From positions 1 to 64,000 of the forward strand of contig JANNQV010000032.1 in NCBI GenBank assembly GCA_031400935.1: DNA of 64,000 nucleotides. Direction: 5' to 3'. Position numbers and translations under genes: made by a program. The notes beneath the pieces are model-generated. The model made no database searches. It was not told the origin of the DNA and saw only the letters and a program-made list of their open reading frames with translations. This document shows, in pieces, positions 1 to 9,970 of this stretch. Position 1 is the stretch's first letter, and the number at the start of each line of letters is the position of its first letter. Source of the DNA: Armatimonadota bacterium. Lineage in GTDB: Bacteria; Armatimonadota; Fimbriimonadia; Fimbriimonadales; Fimbriimonadaceae.

Positions 1-351
1 TAAATCTTCGTTTTCAAATTCGTCTTGCGAAATATTTGAAACGCTTTCTTGACGAAATATTTCATCGTTTTTATTGAAGATTTTTTCAGCTGTGCGTTCT
101 GTTCTTTTAACACTTATAATTTTTTTTGAGACAGTTTTTGACTTTTCCTTAACAATGATAGGTTTTTTTGTAACTGTTGTGGTAATTGATTTTGGATTTC
201 CCTTTTTATCTGTCTTGACAGTTTTTGTTTGTGCGTTCAAACCAATTGCACATAATCCAAATATCAAGCAAACTTTAAAGGCAGAAACTACAATCCAACT
301 TACCGATTGCGATAAGGCGTAACTTTCCAAATGATTTTTTTTGTAATTCAA
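1..351 (-). CDS. N-terminal part of a hypothetical secreted/membrane Lys/Thr-rich protein, running off the window start
   Basis: Manual translation: open frame of 117 codons from TTG at 351 (LNYKKNHLESYALSQSVSWIVVSAFKVCLIFGLCAIGLNAQTKTVKTDKKG...) with a signal-like hydrophobic stretch. About 30% GC, unlike the rest of the window. Not in the ORF track. Confidence 0.6.
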   Translation of the reverse strand, partial: MNYKKNHLESYALSQSVSWIVVSAFKVCLIFGLCAIGLNAQTKTVKTDKKGNPKSITTTVTKKPIIVKEKSKTVSKKIISVKRTERTAEKIFNKNDEIFRQESVSNISQDEFENEDL

Positions 352-387
352 AATGAAACTTGGTTAAACAGTAGTTGTTGATGTTTT

Positions 388-420
388 AAAAATCCGCCGA
401 CTTGGCCGGCGCACTCCAAA
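388..420. repeat. REP-like short palindrome at the GC-content junction
   Basis: AAAATCCGCCGACTTGGCCGGCGCACTCCAAA has a CGCCG/CGGCG stem followed by a CACTCCAAA tail, an architecture typical of REP-like intergenic repeats. Confidence 0.45.
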
Positions 421-434
421 AGCACTCCCGAATT

Positions 435-1364
435 TTACGCTTGAGGCCGATTTGGATCTGCGGGCGGCTCTTCACCGTCAACCACAGTATTCTCAAACGT
501 GGTCGCATCCGAATCCACATTTGCCGGAGGCTCAGGTGCCGTTGGCGGTTCTGGATCGCTCGGCGGCTTTGGCGCGTCTTGACCCGGCCAAGAAGCCGGC
601 GCTTCTGGCATATTGCCCATAGTGCTCGGGTCTCGTGGATATCCGCTTGGGCTGAGGTACGCCTCGCCACTTGGTGAGCCGACAAATTTGTGATAAGCGA
701 GTGCTTGAGCTATGTACATGATTGGCATAGTCACAATAATGCCGATGCAACATGCAAAAAAGCCAACAAAAGCAAACAGTGCCGAAACAAAGAGGTAGAG
801 GCCTGCCATCGCCCATTGGCCCTTGAGCATTTCTATGCTCTCTTTAAATGCATCGACGGCCGAAAGATTTCGATCGTAAATTAGCGGCACCATAAACATA
901 AGCAATGCAGCAATGAATAGAGAGCCTATCAAACAAGCTAGGAGTCCCAACATGGTTGCCAGCGCATACAAAATGCCTGCCAGAAAGTAGGCTCCAAAAT
1001 TCTTAAAACCTGCGAACAGATCCTCAAATCTAGCAGCTTCACCTCGAAGCAACTTTAGAGTGAAAATGATTATTCCAGCCCAAAGCGTGTAGGTAATAGC
1101 ATTCGTAACAAAGCTTCCGATCATTTGCGCAAAAATGCCCGCAAACATCATCCCCAGAGCTGCCTCGCCAGAGCCTGTAGCACTGGACATTCCAAAAAGC
1201 ACCTGCATCGGTATCTGTAACGCGAATGAAATCGCATAGCTAATTACCATTGTAATTAGCCCCATTGCGATGTACTCGCCGATGCGGCTCTTGAGAATAT
1301 TCCAACATTCGCCTAACCAGGCGATCTCTATCTTGACGTTTTGTGGTTGACTGCTAAAATCCAT
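435..1364 (-). CDS. Integral membrane protein (DUF975-like) with Pro-rich C-terminal tail
   Basis: Several TM helices, FEDLFAGFKNF and AVDAFKESIEMLKG motifs typical of this family. Start moved to ATG 1364 (MDFSSQ) because the ORF-track extension to 1589 looks non-coding. Confidence 0.7.
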   Translation of the reverse strand: MDFSSQPQNVKIEIAWLGECWNILKSRIGEYIAMGLITMVISYAISFALQIPMQVLFGMSSATGSGEAALGMMFAGIFAQMIGSFVTNAITYTLWAGIIIFTLKLLRGEAARFEDLFAGFKNFGAYFLAGILYALATMLGLLACLIGSLFIAALLMFMVPLIYDRNLSAVDAFKESIEMLKGQWAMAGLYLFVSALFAFVGFFACCIGIIVTMPIMYIAQALAYHKFVGSPSGEAYLSPSGYPRDPSTMGNMPEAPASWPGQDAPKPPSDPEPPTAPEPPANVDSDATTFENTVVDGEEPPADPNRPQA

Positions 1365-1640
1365 AGGTTCACTTACCTTCTTTCGAACCAGACGGAACTG
1401 AATCCGAGTTCGATGCCTAGTTTCATAAATTCGACGCCAAGCCCCGGATTCCTGCATCATGTTGCAAGTATCGAAAAGAACCGTCGCTCCAGACTCCAAA
1501 CATAATTTCAGGGAAGCTTGAGCCCAACTCCATCCCTCTTTAATATTATCGCAGACAGATGTTGATTGACTGCAGTTTCTGGTTAGCAATCGGCGGTTGC
1601 CTGTTCGACGTCTGTATTCTCAATCCCAAGTCCAATGACC

Positions 1641-2183
1641 TTATATTCCTGTCCCCGTAGCCTCTTCCCACATTCCGGGTTCTAGTCCTTCAAGTGTAAT
1701 TTCGCCAATACTCCAGCGAACAAGTCGAAGAGTTGGGCAGCCCACTGCCGCCGTCATCCTTCGTACCTGCCTGTTCTTGCCCTCCGTTATCAAAATACTG
1801 ATCCAACTTGTCGGAATTTTTGCCCGGTAACGAATTGGAGGATCACGAGGCGGCAATTGGGGTTCATTGATAACTTCTACTTTCGCTGGCTTTGTCATTC
1901 CATCCTTCAATCGAACTCCCTTCCGCAAAGACTCGATTGCCTGCTCACTCGGAATACCCTCTACTTGAACCCAATATGTCTTTTCCTTTTCGAACTTCGG
2001 TGATGTGATTCTTGTCGCTGTTGGTCCGTGATCGGTTAGGAGCAATAGGCCTTCAGAGTCTTTGTCAAGCCTTCCTGCTGCATATACTCCGGGCAAATTA
2101 ATAAAGTCTGCCAACGTTGCCCGGTCCTCTTGATCAGTGAATTGACAAAGGACGTTGTATGGCTTCCAAAATCGAATCAGCAT
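1641..2183 (-). CDS. rluE: rRNA pseudouridine synthase, RsuA family (RluE-like)
   Basis: [14 protein letters not shown] catalytic motif, [36 protein letters not shown] insert, no S4 domain. Confidence 0.9.
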   Translation of the reverse strand: MLIRFWKPYNVLCQFTDQEDRATLADFINLPGVYAAGRLDKDSEGLLLLTDHGPTATRITSPKFEKEKTYWVQVEGIPSEQAIESLRKGVRLKDGMTKPAKVEVINEPQLPPRDPPIRYRAKIPTSWISILITEGKNRQVRRMTAAVGCPTLRLVRWSIGEITLEGLEPGMWEEATGTGI

Positions 2184-2192
2184 CTACTTTAG

Positions 2193-2732
2193 TTACTTCA
2201 ACCACGATAGGCTTTCGATAATCTTCTTTCCATCGGAAATCGCAATGTTTTCCCCAGCCACTAATACATATTTTGGATATCCCTTTTGCTTTAGCTCGTA
2301 CCAAGTAATGTGCCACATCAAATAGGGTTTTTTGGTCACGTATTCCATTTCGAATGCACCAATAACCGAATTCTTCCCTATTTCTGTTCCAGTAGCTTCA
2401 AGAGTATCTCCATTCGGCAGATCGAAAAATGGGTCGCCAATTCCATCGCTTGCGAATTGAACAAAGAAAGATGACTTTGTTCCGGGCTTTTCATATCGCA
2501 GGTGGACATCGCGCATAAACATCTCCTTTTCTTGGACAACATTTGACTTCACTAATTTGAATCCCTTTGGAATCCAGGTCGGAACAACGATTCGGAGCTT
2601 CGATGCCTTTAGTTTTGTCTTGAAGGTCGTTGGGATTTGGGCGACTTTACCGGAAGTAGTTTGGGCGGATGATACGGCAACTGAGCACAGAAGTGCCACT
2701 GCTCCAACAAGTTTCCACAGAATAGTGCTCAT
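2193..2732 (-). CDS. Hypothetical secreted protein
   Basis: Signal peptide (…AVSSAQ), 179 aa, in line with rluE. Confidence 0.7.
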   Translation of the reverse strand: MSTILWKLVGAVALLCSVAVSSAQTTSGKVAQIPTTFKTKLKASKLRIVVPTWIPKGFKLVKSNVVQEKEMFMRDVHLRYEKPGTKSSFFVQFASDGIGDPFFDLPNGDTLEATGTEIGKNSVIGAFEMEYVTKKPYLMWHITWYELKQKGYPKYVLVAGENIAISDGKKIIESLSWLK

Positions 2733-2800
2733 CGGAAAACAGACGTACCATAGTGTTTTCTGGCACCAAATAGTTCAAGATATTGGCAACTTTCGACTTC

Positions 2801-2918
2801 ACCACCAGCCCCCTTCTCATCCTCCCCAATGGTGTTTGCCTTTCCGAGTCGCTGCACTCATAATCCTTCGGCGGAATCTGCGATCGGCGGGGCGTGCCTT
2901 CGTCAGATAAGGAGGGGA
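2801..2918. repeat. Pyrimidine/purine-rich inverted repeat element
   Basis: ACCACCAGCCCCCTTCTCATC…GATAAGGAGGGG arms. Same style as elements at 28038, 37833, 61663 and 61792. Confidence 0.4.
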
Positions 2919-4031
2919 CTATTTACTCCGAAAAGCCGTCATCTTCTCAACAAAACCCGGAAAATACGGTCGAGAATCCCACGGTCCCGGAGCCGCTTCT
3001 GGATGATATTGAATGCTTTCGGCAAATAGGTCTGGAACTGCGATTCCTTCGACCGTTCCGTCGTTTAAGTTCAATTGAGTTACTTCTGCACCAGTCCCCT
3101 TAAGAGAATCTGGATCAACCGCATAGCCATGATTTTGCGAAGTAATTGTAACTCGTCCTGACCTTAAATCCTGCACCGGATGATTCGCGCCTCGATGCCC
3201 GAATTTGAGCTTAAAAGTTGTTCCCCCTACAGCTTGGCAGAGCAATTGATTGCCCAAGCAAATTCCAAACATCGGGCGTTTTCCGAGCAAGTTGCGAACC
3301 GTCACCACGACCCCGCCTAACCGTGCCGGATCGCCCGGCCCTGGGGAAAGCAAAATCCCGTCTGGTTGCCATGCCATGACTTCATCAGCGGAAACTGTAG
3401 CCGGAAGAACTATTGGACGGCATCCGGCTCGCCAAAACCGGCGCAAAATATTGAATTTGAGTCCGCAATCAATGACGACAAGTCGCAAGCGCTCGTCGTC
3501 TTCGGGCTCTTCGATTGATTCTTTTCCGGTCGGTCCCCATTTGTAAGGTGCTTTTGTCGTGACATCCAGAACGAAGTCGGTTTCATCGTAACCCGCTCTC
3601 GCCCGAAGTTGCTCCAATGCCTCCGAAGGATCGTTGCTTGTGATAGCGCCCATCGTCACGCCACCAGATCGAATCTTCTTGGTCAGCGCCCTCGTGTCAA
3701 TGCCTTGGATGGCAGAAATGCTCCGATCTAAAAGCAATGTGTTTAATGATCTCGTGGATCGCCAATTTGAAGGCTGAGAGCATGCTTCGTGAACAATGAT
3801 TCCCATCGGCTGGATTTGATCGGACTCAAAGTCCTCTTCATTGATCCCGTAATTTCCGATCAATGGATATGTAAAGGTCACCATTTGACCAGCGTAACTG
3901 GGGTCGGTGAGGACTTCTTGGTAGCCGGTCATTCCGGTATTGAAAACGACTTCGCCAAAGCAAGTACCGGAGGCGCCCAGCTGTTTCCCAGGCAAAATCG
4001 AACCGTCAGAGAGAACCAAATATGTGGTCAA
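2919..4031 (-). CDS. carA: Carbamoyl-phosphate synthase small subunit
   Basis: GEVVFNTGMTGYQEVLTDPSYAGQ, FGICLGNQL (catalytic Cys), SQNHGYAV, QYHPEAAPGP. Probable start TTG 4031; the ORF is open to 4076. Confidence 0.97.
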   Translation of the reverse strand: MTTYLVLSDGSILPGKQLGASGTCFGEVVFNTGMTGYQEVLTDPSYAGQMVTFTYPLIGNYGINEEDFESDQIQPMGIIVHEACSQPSNWRSTRSLNTLLLDRSISAIQGIDTRALTKKIRSGGVTMGAITSNDPSEALEQLRARAGYDETDFVLDVTTKAPYKWGPTGKESIEEPEDDERLRLVVIDCGLKFNILRRFWRAGCRPIVLPATVSADEVMAWQPDGILLSPGPGDPARLGGVVVTVRNLLGKRPMFGICLGNQLLCQAVGGTTFKLKFGHRGANHPVQDLRSGRVTITSQNHGYAVDPDSLKGTGAEVTQLNLNDGTVEGIAVPDLFAESIQYHPEAAPGPWDSRPYFPGFVEKMTAFRSK

Positions 4032-4084
4032 TTGTAGAATTCCGAAGGTCGTCTGACCCACGAAATTGTACCTCACAGGCTACT

Positions 4085-4963
4085 TCAACCGCGAATCAAA
4101 ACTTCAGAATCTTCGGCAACAAAAACAGTTATTCTCGAACCAATGGCAGGGCGAATGTTTCGACCCTTGAAAATCCCTCTGATTTTGTCGCCGACTTCAG
4201 AAGCAAGTCCGCCAAGCTCTTCGATGGCTGCCAAAACCAACGTGGCTTCTCCGCCAGAAAGTGCAGAGATGTTGCCTCTTCTCAAAGAGTCCAGGGTGGT
4301 GGCGATTCGATTGATTCCATCGGCAGCGGATTTTTGCTTGCCAATGATCTGCTCCGTTTGGGAGTAGCCAAACTGACGAAGAAGGTCGTTGAGTTTCTGA
4401 TCATCGCTCAGTTGCACTTTTAGTTCTTCGAGGGATTTTGAGCCTTCAATCATTTCTGTAATGGCCGCAAGTGCTTCCTTTTTCGCTGAATCATCATAAG
4501 TTGAATGCGAAATTGCATTGGCAATCGGGGATGAAATTGTATCTCCCGTAAATCCAAAATCAGTGTCTTCAGCATCCAATAGACCGAGCATCTCTATTTG
4601 CTTACCTCCAACTTGTTCGATTGGATTAAGCTTCATTCGCAATCTTGCAGGAGAATTCATAACAGATGAAAGGGCGCCAGCCGCTCTCGATTGAGTGATT
4701 TCGCCCGAAACAGGCGTTCCCATAGCTATCAGTATTTTGCCGGTTGCGTCTGTAACATTTTCACACACCACAAGTGGCACGCGATGCCCCTCTTCAGTGC
4801 CACCTGAATCTAACTTTTCGAGGAGCATTAGCTTGACTTCGGTGCCTCGGATTAGCTTGAAAGCTACGAGTTCGGGTTCCTTTTTGAGACTAGAAGTGGC
4901 ACAACCCACAATGTACGCAGAGGCGATTATTGCAAACGAAACGCTCTTGAATTCAAAGTTCAT
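4085..4963 (-). CDS. Lipoprotein with TrbI/VirB10-like beta domain
   Basis: Lipobox IVGC. The pattern GTEVKLMLLEKLDS…ILIAMGTPVSGEIT…GSRITVFV resembles TrbI-like beta-barrel domains, with a helical insert. Confidence 0.55.
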   Translation of the reverse strand: MNFEFKSVSFAIIASAYIVGCATSSLKKEPELVAFKLIRGTEVKLMLLEKLDSGGTEEGHRVPLVVCENVTDATGKILIAMGTPVSGEITQSRAAGALSSVMNSPARLRMKLNPIEQVGGKQIEMLGLLDAEDTDFGFTGDTISSPIANAISHSTYDDSAKKEALAAITEMIEGSKSLEELKVQLSDDQKLNDLLRQFGYSQTEQIIGKQKSAADGINRIATTLDSLRRGNISALSGGEATLVLAAIEELGGLASEVGDKIRGIFKGRNIRPAIGSRITVFVAEDSEVLIRG

Positions 4964-4988
4964 AGTCCGTTCAACACTCAGTCTTCCA

Positions 4989-5468
4989 TTAAGGTTTCAT
5001 TCGGCGAAAATTGAACACTTCGGTCTTTTCTTTGCCGTTTTCTTTTCCTTCAAGCGTGCAAATCAACATCCCAGCTTTCCCCGGTTCATAGCAAATGTTC
5101 GTGGGATAGTCATTTTCCTTATTTGTAAATACAACTCTTAGGTCCTTCAAGTTGCTAAGCGCAAACGGTTTTGGAACCCCACGACTCTTTGAAGGAGCAC
5201 CAAGGATCATCCACATAACTAGGCCTTTCTCGCCCATTTCGATAGAAGCAAATTCCATAAAGTCCACTTTGCCTTTTGAAATGAATCTTCCGACTGACTG
5301 CATCGTGCCCCCGACGGCTGGGAGCCAATGCTCTTCAAAAATTCCTCCCCAAATCTCGGCGGTCCATGCACCAGCCATGAACGAAAGGTCGTTTACGCTT
5401 ACATCTGAGGTTTTCAAACCTTGTTGTCCTCCGGAAATTAGAATCGTTGCTACTATGTTTGAAATCAT
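4989..5468 (-). CDS. DUF6265-like beta-barrel protein
   Basis: DLSFMAGAW…FEEHW…GGTM…FTNKENDYPTNICY pattern. Confidence 0.7.
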   Translation of the reverse strand: MISNIVATILISGGQQGLKTSDVSVNDLSFMAGAWTAEIWGGIFEEHWLPAVGGTMQSVGRFISKGKVDFMEFASIEMGEKGLVMWMILGAPSKSRGVPKPFALSNLKDLRVVFTNKENDYPTNICYEPGKAGMLICTLEGKENGKEKTEVFNFRRMKP

Positions 5469-5573
5469 TTGTTATCTCTTTTTTGGTATATGGTTGGCAG
5501 GTGGTTGCACGTTGCTTATCAATCCACACCCCATACCCGTTACCCCACTCTAACAAGCAAAAACTACCCCAAT

Positions 5574-8231
5574 TCATCTCCCCGGATCCAAAAGTACCGC
5601 GACCGACCTCACTTGTGGCTCAAAATCATTCCGCAATTCTATAAACTTGCCTCGGAATTCTATCGGGCATCGTCCAGCCAAACCAACCATCGCCTGAATT
5701 CTCACGCCTGGTTTTGGATCAGAGAGAGCCTTGCCAAGCTCATTCAGGGCTTCAACCGTACCTAGAGCCGCATAGATTTCGCATCCGATTCGGGCCTTTC
5801 GGATTTCGGGCTCCCTTAGATAAACTGCAGCCGATGCCATCGCTGGAGTTGCAAATGATGATAGGAGCGAAATGGCAGCATTTCGAATTTGGCGGTCTGG
5901 CGAATCAAGTAATGCTTGAGCCGTTCCGCTCGATTGCGGGTCGGCAAATTTCTTTAGTGACCGAAGACAGTTCACAACAAGCTCCGAATCAGCTTTCGAA
6001 CACAAAACCATTAGCTCAGAAACAGCTAACGGATTATTGAATTCGCCTGCTCCTCTGGCCGCTAGTCGCTGCAATGAGGGTCTCTGAAGAGCCTGAATGA
6101 TTACCGCGCCGGCTTCGTTAAATCCAAAATCTAAGCAGATTTGCAGCGCATTTGCAGCCTTATTATCGTTAGAGTCAGTGACTTTTAGAGCAATTAGGTT
6201 GCGAGCGTCCTGGCCAATAGCCTCAATGATTTCACCCAATACAAGTAGCTCCAGCTCAGAAAAACTTGCCAATCGCCGCGAAACAAGAGACTCTATCGCA
6301 GGAAGGCCGAAGGCAATCAAACTGAAGATCGCGTCCATTCGAGCTTTGCCGATCGACCGTGAAGCGGAATCAAAGATCGCATCGAGTTGACTAACAGTCG
6401 GCAATGGCTTACTGCCGGGTCGGGGCGGAACCTCAATTTCAGGAATCGTCGAGAGCTTAGTCTTGGTTTCTTGGTCATAAGCCACGCCGCCGTTTGCGTT
6501 GAGACGAGCCGACACATTTTCCATTCCCCATCCGTAATGGTCGGGCCCATTTAGATCAGCAAATACTGAGATTGAATGCGAATCGCCTGAGTAAATTGTT
6601 TGCCCTGGAGACCCAGAATATCTGTCTTCGCCGTCACCATCGAGGAAAAGCGAGACTCCGTTTGCTGTAGCGAAACATGGACGGAATTGTGCCGTCGCGT
6701 ACAAATCGTCACCATCCCGGTCGAAAAGCACTGCAATCCCAAAATCATGGGACCTTGCATGTCCAATGTCTTCTTTGCAAAGATACGAGTCATTTCCCTG
6801 TAAATCCATCGCGAAACCGCATCCAAATGACTGCCCGTACGCTTGAGCATTTCCTTTAGCTACATAACTGTCGTCTCCAAATCTGTCGTAAATCGAGCCT
6901 AAAGCAAGCCAAGTCGCCGAGCCTTGCGCCGAATATCCAGCAACATAAACGTCATCGCCGCTTAAGTCCGTCAAGAGGCCCATTCCTCCTGGAAGACCGC
7001 CCAGTGCTCCTCTTTCTCCTTCCGCAAATCCTTGTGCCATCGAACCAGAGTTTTTCGAATTGCAACGATATGTGTCATCGCCGCCTAGATCGGCGAGCCA
7101 TCCAATTCCATTTGCACGAGCCGAACCTTGCGACCAACGAATTGCATCAAATGTATCTTTGCCCAGAGTGTCAATGCATAGACCAATTCCAAAGGCTCCA
7201 AATCCTTGTGTAAGACGGCTTGATTGGTATAAGTCGTTGCCACCTTTCTTGTGGAAAACACCGACTCCTGCTATTCCTGACCCATAAGAAACTGAACCGC
7301 CGCGAAACACATCGTTTCCGCCGAGATCATAAGCTAATCCGATGCCAAGAATTGCGGCACCGATGCTCAAGTCAGGAGTTTTGTAGCGATCATTTCCGCC
7401 AAGATCGAGCAGGACGGATGCGTATCCCACGCCAGCGCCGTGACGCCCAGAATACTCGTCATCCCCTCCCAAATCTAGGGTCAAAACCGCGTCTTTGTCT
7501 CTGTGAACGTTCGGGCCAATTCCGCCAAGAACGCAAACCAATTTGCCAACATTGAACCTCAACTGGCCTGTAAACGGGTTCGTTTTTGCTGTTGCCTGAA
7601 ACCTTGGAATTTGGTCGTCCAGCGACTCTGCTAACTCGATAGCTGCATTTCGAATTCGAGCAAGATCTACTTTTTCCATGAGTTCCAAAATCGCCGATTG
7701 ACGGAGCCTCGCGTTTCGAACGAAATCAGGTTTGAAATCTGGATCATCGTCAATCCAATTTGGTAAAGACTCGATGAGCCCACGGCGTTCTTCGGCAGAA
7801 ATTCTTTCCGTCGCTGCGCGAATTTCTGAACTTGCTTTAGATATGGCATTTGCAAAGGCTCCGATTATCGAGCGATAGGCTTCTGGAACGGAATCTGGAA
7901 CAGCACCGGCAATTTGCGGCGAAGCTGGAGTCCGCGAGCCAACGGAATACTGGGCAGTTGCCGACTTCAACATTCTTACAGGATTCGAGTTTGCGCTTGA
8001 ATGAAATTCCATCAAGCGCTCAATTGTTCCAACTGGCGATTGAAGCGCCGCTCCAACAAGCGATGGCGAACTTCCATTTGAAGGAAGGTCTTTCGCAATT
8101 CTAAGTTCAGATGAAGCTACATTGCCGAGAAACAATGCTTTTTCAAGCCCTTCCTTTTCATTTGGAGTTAGCTGAGCCAAACAATTCACGGAAATCATGG
8201 AGGCTGCAAAGCAAACGCAACGAAAATTCAT
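5574..8231 (-). CDS. Secreted protein with D-x-x-G-[DN]-D-x-Y repeats and C-terminal HEAT-like repeats
   Basis: Signal peptide; about 12 copies of the DLGGDDxY-like motif; C-terminal helical repeats (LLDSPDRQIRNAAISLL, LSDPKPGVRIQAMVGL). Confidence 0.75.
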   Translation of the reverse strand: MNFRCVCFAASMISVNCLAQLTPNEKEGLEKALFLGNVASSELRIAKDLPSNGSSPSLVGAALQSPVGTIERLMEFHSSANSNPVRMLKSATAQYSVGSRTPASPQIAGAVPDSVPEAYRSIIGAFANAISKASSEIRAATERISAEERRGLIESLPNWIDDDPDFKPDFVRNARLRQSAILELMEKVDLARIRNAAIELAESLDDQIPRFQATAKTNPFTGQLRFNVGKLVCVLGGIGPNVHRDKDAVLTLDLGGDDEYSGRHGAGVGYASVLLDLGGNDRYKTPDLSIGAAILGIGLAYDLGGNDVFRGGSVSYGSGIAGVGVFHKKGGNDLYQSSRLTQGFGAFGIGLCIDTLGKDTFDAIRWSQGSARANGIGWLADLGGDDTYRCNSKNSGSMAQGFAEGERGALGGLPGGMGLLTDLSGDDVYVAGYSAQGSATWLALGSIYDRFGDDSYVAKGNAQAYGQSFGCGFAMDLQGNDSYLCKEDIGHARSHDFGIAVLFDRDGDDLYATAQFRPCFATANGVSLFLDGDGEDRYSGSPGQTIYSGDSHSISVFADLNGPDHYGWGMENVSARLNANGGVAYDQETKTKLSTIPEIEVPPRPGSKPLPTVSQLDAIFDSASRSIGKARMDAIFSLIAFGLPAIESLVSRRLASFSELELLVLGEIIEAIGQDARNLIALKVTDSNDNKAANALQICLDFGFNEAGAVIIQALQRPSLQRLAARGAGEFNNPLAVSELMVLCSKADSELVVNCLRSLKKFADPQSSGTAQALLDSPDRQIRNAAISLLSSFATPAMASAAVYLREPEIRKARIGCEIYAALGTVEALNELGKALSDPKPGVRIQAMVGLAGRCPIEFRGKFIELRNDFEPQVRSVAVLLDPGR

Positions 8232-9346
8232 TCGGTTTCCACCATACCGCGATGGACGGATTCAGCGATGGAAAAGGCGGGTATTCGCTTTTCATCGAAC
8301 AATCGTTCATCGAACGGTGCGATTCCTTCGGCGAGCTTGCCCGATCTTGATTTCATTGCAATTCCAGACGTGTTTGCTTGGCTGGAAGGTGAAAAAAGAC
8401 TCATCTGAATCTCATGTTCCAACGAATCTTCAAAAAGCGGAAGCAAAAGGCGACGGTTCAGTTCTGATGCGAGCCACGACAATTCCTCAAAATGCTCGCT
8501 GGCTCGAAATTCGCTGAATTCATTAATGAGGCAAATTGAAAGCTCGTTTGTCCGTATCCAATTCAGCAAAAATTCAAAATTTATTCTTGTTCCATCTCGA
8601 AATTCGGAGCGGTTGCAATGCTTCCATCCGGCGAGTCGCGTCAGGCCTTGAAGCCGGATAGAGTTACTGCACACATAGCCAACTTCGCCAAACCGAATCC
8701 CCAAATTGGTGACGTGTTGCCGCCATCCGCCGCCCCAAGGCCAAAGCAAGTTGATCGGTGGCAATTCGTTGTCAATTCTTCGCAAATTGAAGTCTTGCTC
8801 CGAGAGCAAATTGATAGAATCGTCTATAAATCTCCTCAAATAGTTTTCATCTTCGCAATTCGGCAGTACAGCCTGTACTGGCTTTCCATTCGCCTGATCC
8901 GGAGAAGTAGATTCGCTTTCGGGCGAGCCGTTTTCAATGACAAGACCGTGCTCAGCACCTTCGCTTTCGCAGATCGTAATCCGTCTCGTGTTCAATTGTT
9001 TGGAAAGGTCCAGGACAAGCCTTTGGGTTTCAAAATCAAGTTGAACTTTTGGAATATCAATCGTCCCATTTTTGGTAGAGAGCAATGATAAGTGATAGTG
9101 AGCCGACCGATCAGGAGGGTCATAGCCCAATGCAGCTACAGTCAGAGGACCCTGCTGCATCGAGACCGAATCGCGCTCCAGGCCAAGATATTCAGCTTCA
9201 AGATTCCCCTTCCCTTCTGAATTTCTAACCATCGAAACCGTCCCGTGATCGCGAAATCTGGCCAGACATGGCATTTCTGATCGGATGACCGACAATTCGC
9301 CATCGGGGTCATGCAAATCTGGCGCAATGAGTATGAATCGCCGCAT
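8228..9346 (-). CDS. ApgM (cofactor-independent phosphoglycerate mutase)-like protein, apparently degenerate
   Basis: NLRRIDNELPPINLLWPWGGG matches the ApgM family; the N-terminal DG-x-x-D metal motif and catalytic Ser are not recognisable. Confidence 0.6.
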   Translation of the reverse strand: MRRFILIAPDLHDPDGELSVIRSEMPCLARFRDHGTVSMVRNSEGKGNLEAEYLGLERDSVSMQQGPLTVAALGYDPPDRSAHYHLSLLSTKNGTIDIPKVQLDFETQRLVLDLSKQLNTRRITICESEGAEHGLVIENGSPESESTSPDQANGKPVQAVLPNCEDENYLRRFIDDSINLLSEQDFNLRRIDNELPPINLLWPWGGGWRQHVTNLGIRFGEVGYVCSNSIRLQGLTRLAGWKHCNRSEFRDGTRINFEFLLNWIRTNELSICLINEFSEFRASEHFEELSWLASELNRRLLLPLFEDSLEHEIQMSLFSPSSQANTSGIAMKSRSGKLAEGIAPFDERLFDEKRIPAFSIAESVHRGMVETE

Positions 9347-9934
9347 CTAACCCAGTCCACTCAATGGCTGAATCAGCGGAAGAATTGAAGCGAATGCTTC
9401 GACGATCTCGGGGACGAAACGTGTTCCAGTGTGGCTTCGAAGTTGTGCCAAAGCTTCTTCTTCGGACGCACTCGGCTGAGTGTCACTTGAATGGGCTGAA
9501 GAGTCAAACGCCACGCAAACTGCGATAATCTGCGTTTCTGTTGGCATCTGATCAGATGTCCTATCGCGGATACCAGTCGAAACAAAGTGTTCGTGTAACG
9601 AGCATAAAATTGGGATGACATCTTGAAGCCATTCGATTGGCTCTAAGATTTCGTGAATCTTTGAAACAAATAACTTTACGTCGCTATAAGCAAGGTCCGA
9701 TACAGGTTCTGCGCTTGCATCCAATTCCGTCCGGACAGTGATGGGTGCCAGATTGTGAAGTTGAGCGGCATATCGCAAAGTCAGCAAGTTTTCATCTGAC
9801 AATCCAAGCTTTTCGCCTGTCGCGACGGCGTAAACAGCAACACGGTCTGCTTTCTGAATCTCGCTGCCTTTGTGGTTTCCAAGTTCCCGAATCAGGCTTC
9901 GAACAACTTGATTTCTCTCTGCAAGTTCATACAT
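9347..9934 (-). CDS. HD-GYP-like protein, degenerate
   Basis: DRVAVYAVATGEKLGL, AAQLHNL (HD changed to HN), QIIAVCVAFD, EEALAQLRSHTGTRF; no GYP motif. The ORF is open to 9967. Confidence 0.7.
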   Translation of the reverse strand: MYELAERNQVVRSLIRELGNHKGSEIQKADRVAVYAVATGEKLGLSDENLLTLRYAAQLHNLAPITVRTELDASAEPVSDLAYSDVKLFVSKIHEILEPIEWLQDVIPILCSLHEHFVSTGIRDRTSDQMPTETQIIAVCVAFDSSAHSSDTQPSASEEEALAQLRSHTGTRFVPEIVEAFASILPLIQPLSGLG

Positions 9935-9970
9935 GGTGATATTACAACCCTTCGTTATTGGCACCATTCT

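Noticed and set aside
1365..1640. N-terminal extension of the 435-1589 ORF, or an ncRNA
   Set aside because: The extension has no protein-like character and no recognisable RNA motif; left unannotated.
4085..4963. Conjugative type IV secretion locus
   Set aside because: Only a lone TrbI-like domain; no VirB4, VirD4 or relaxase nearby.
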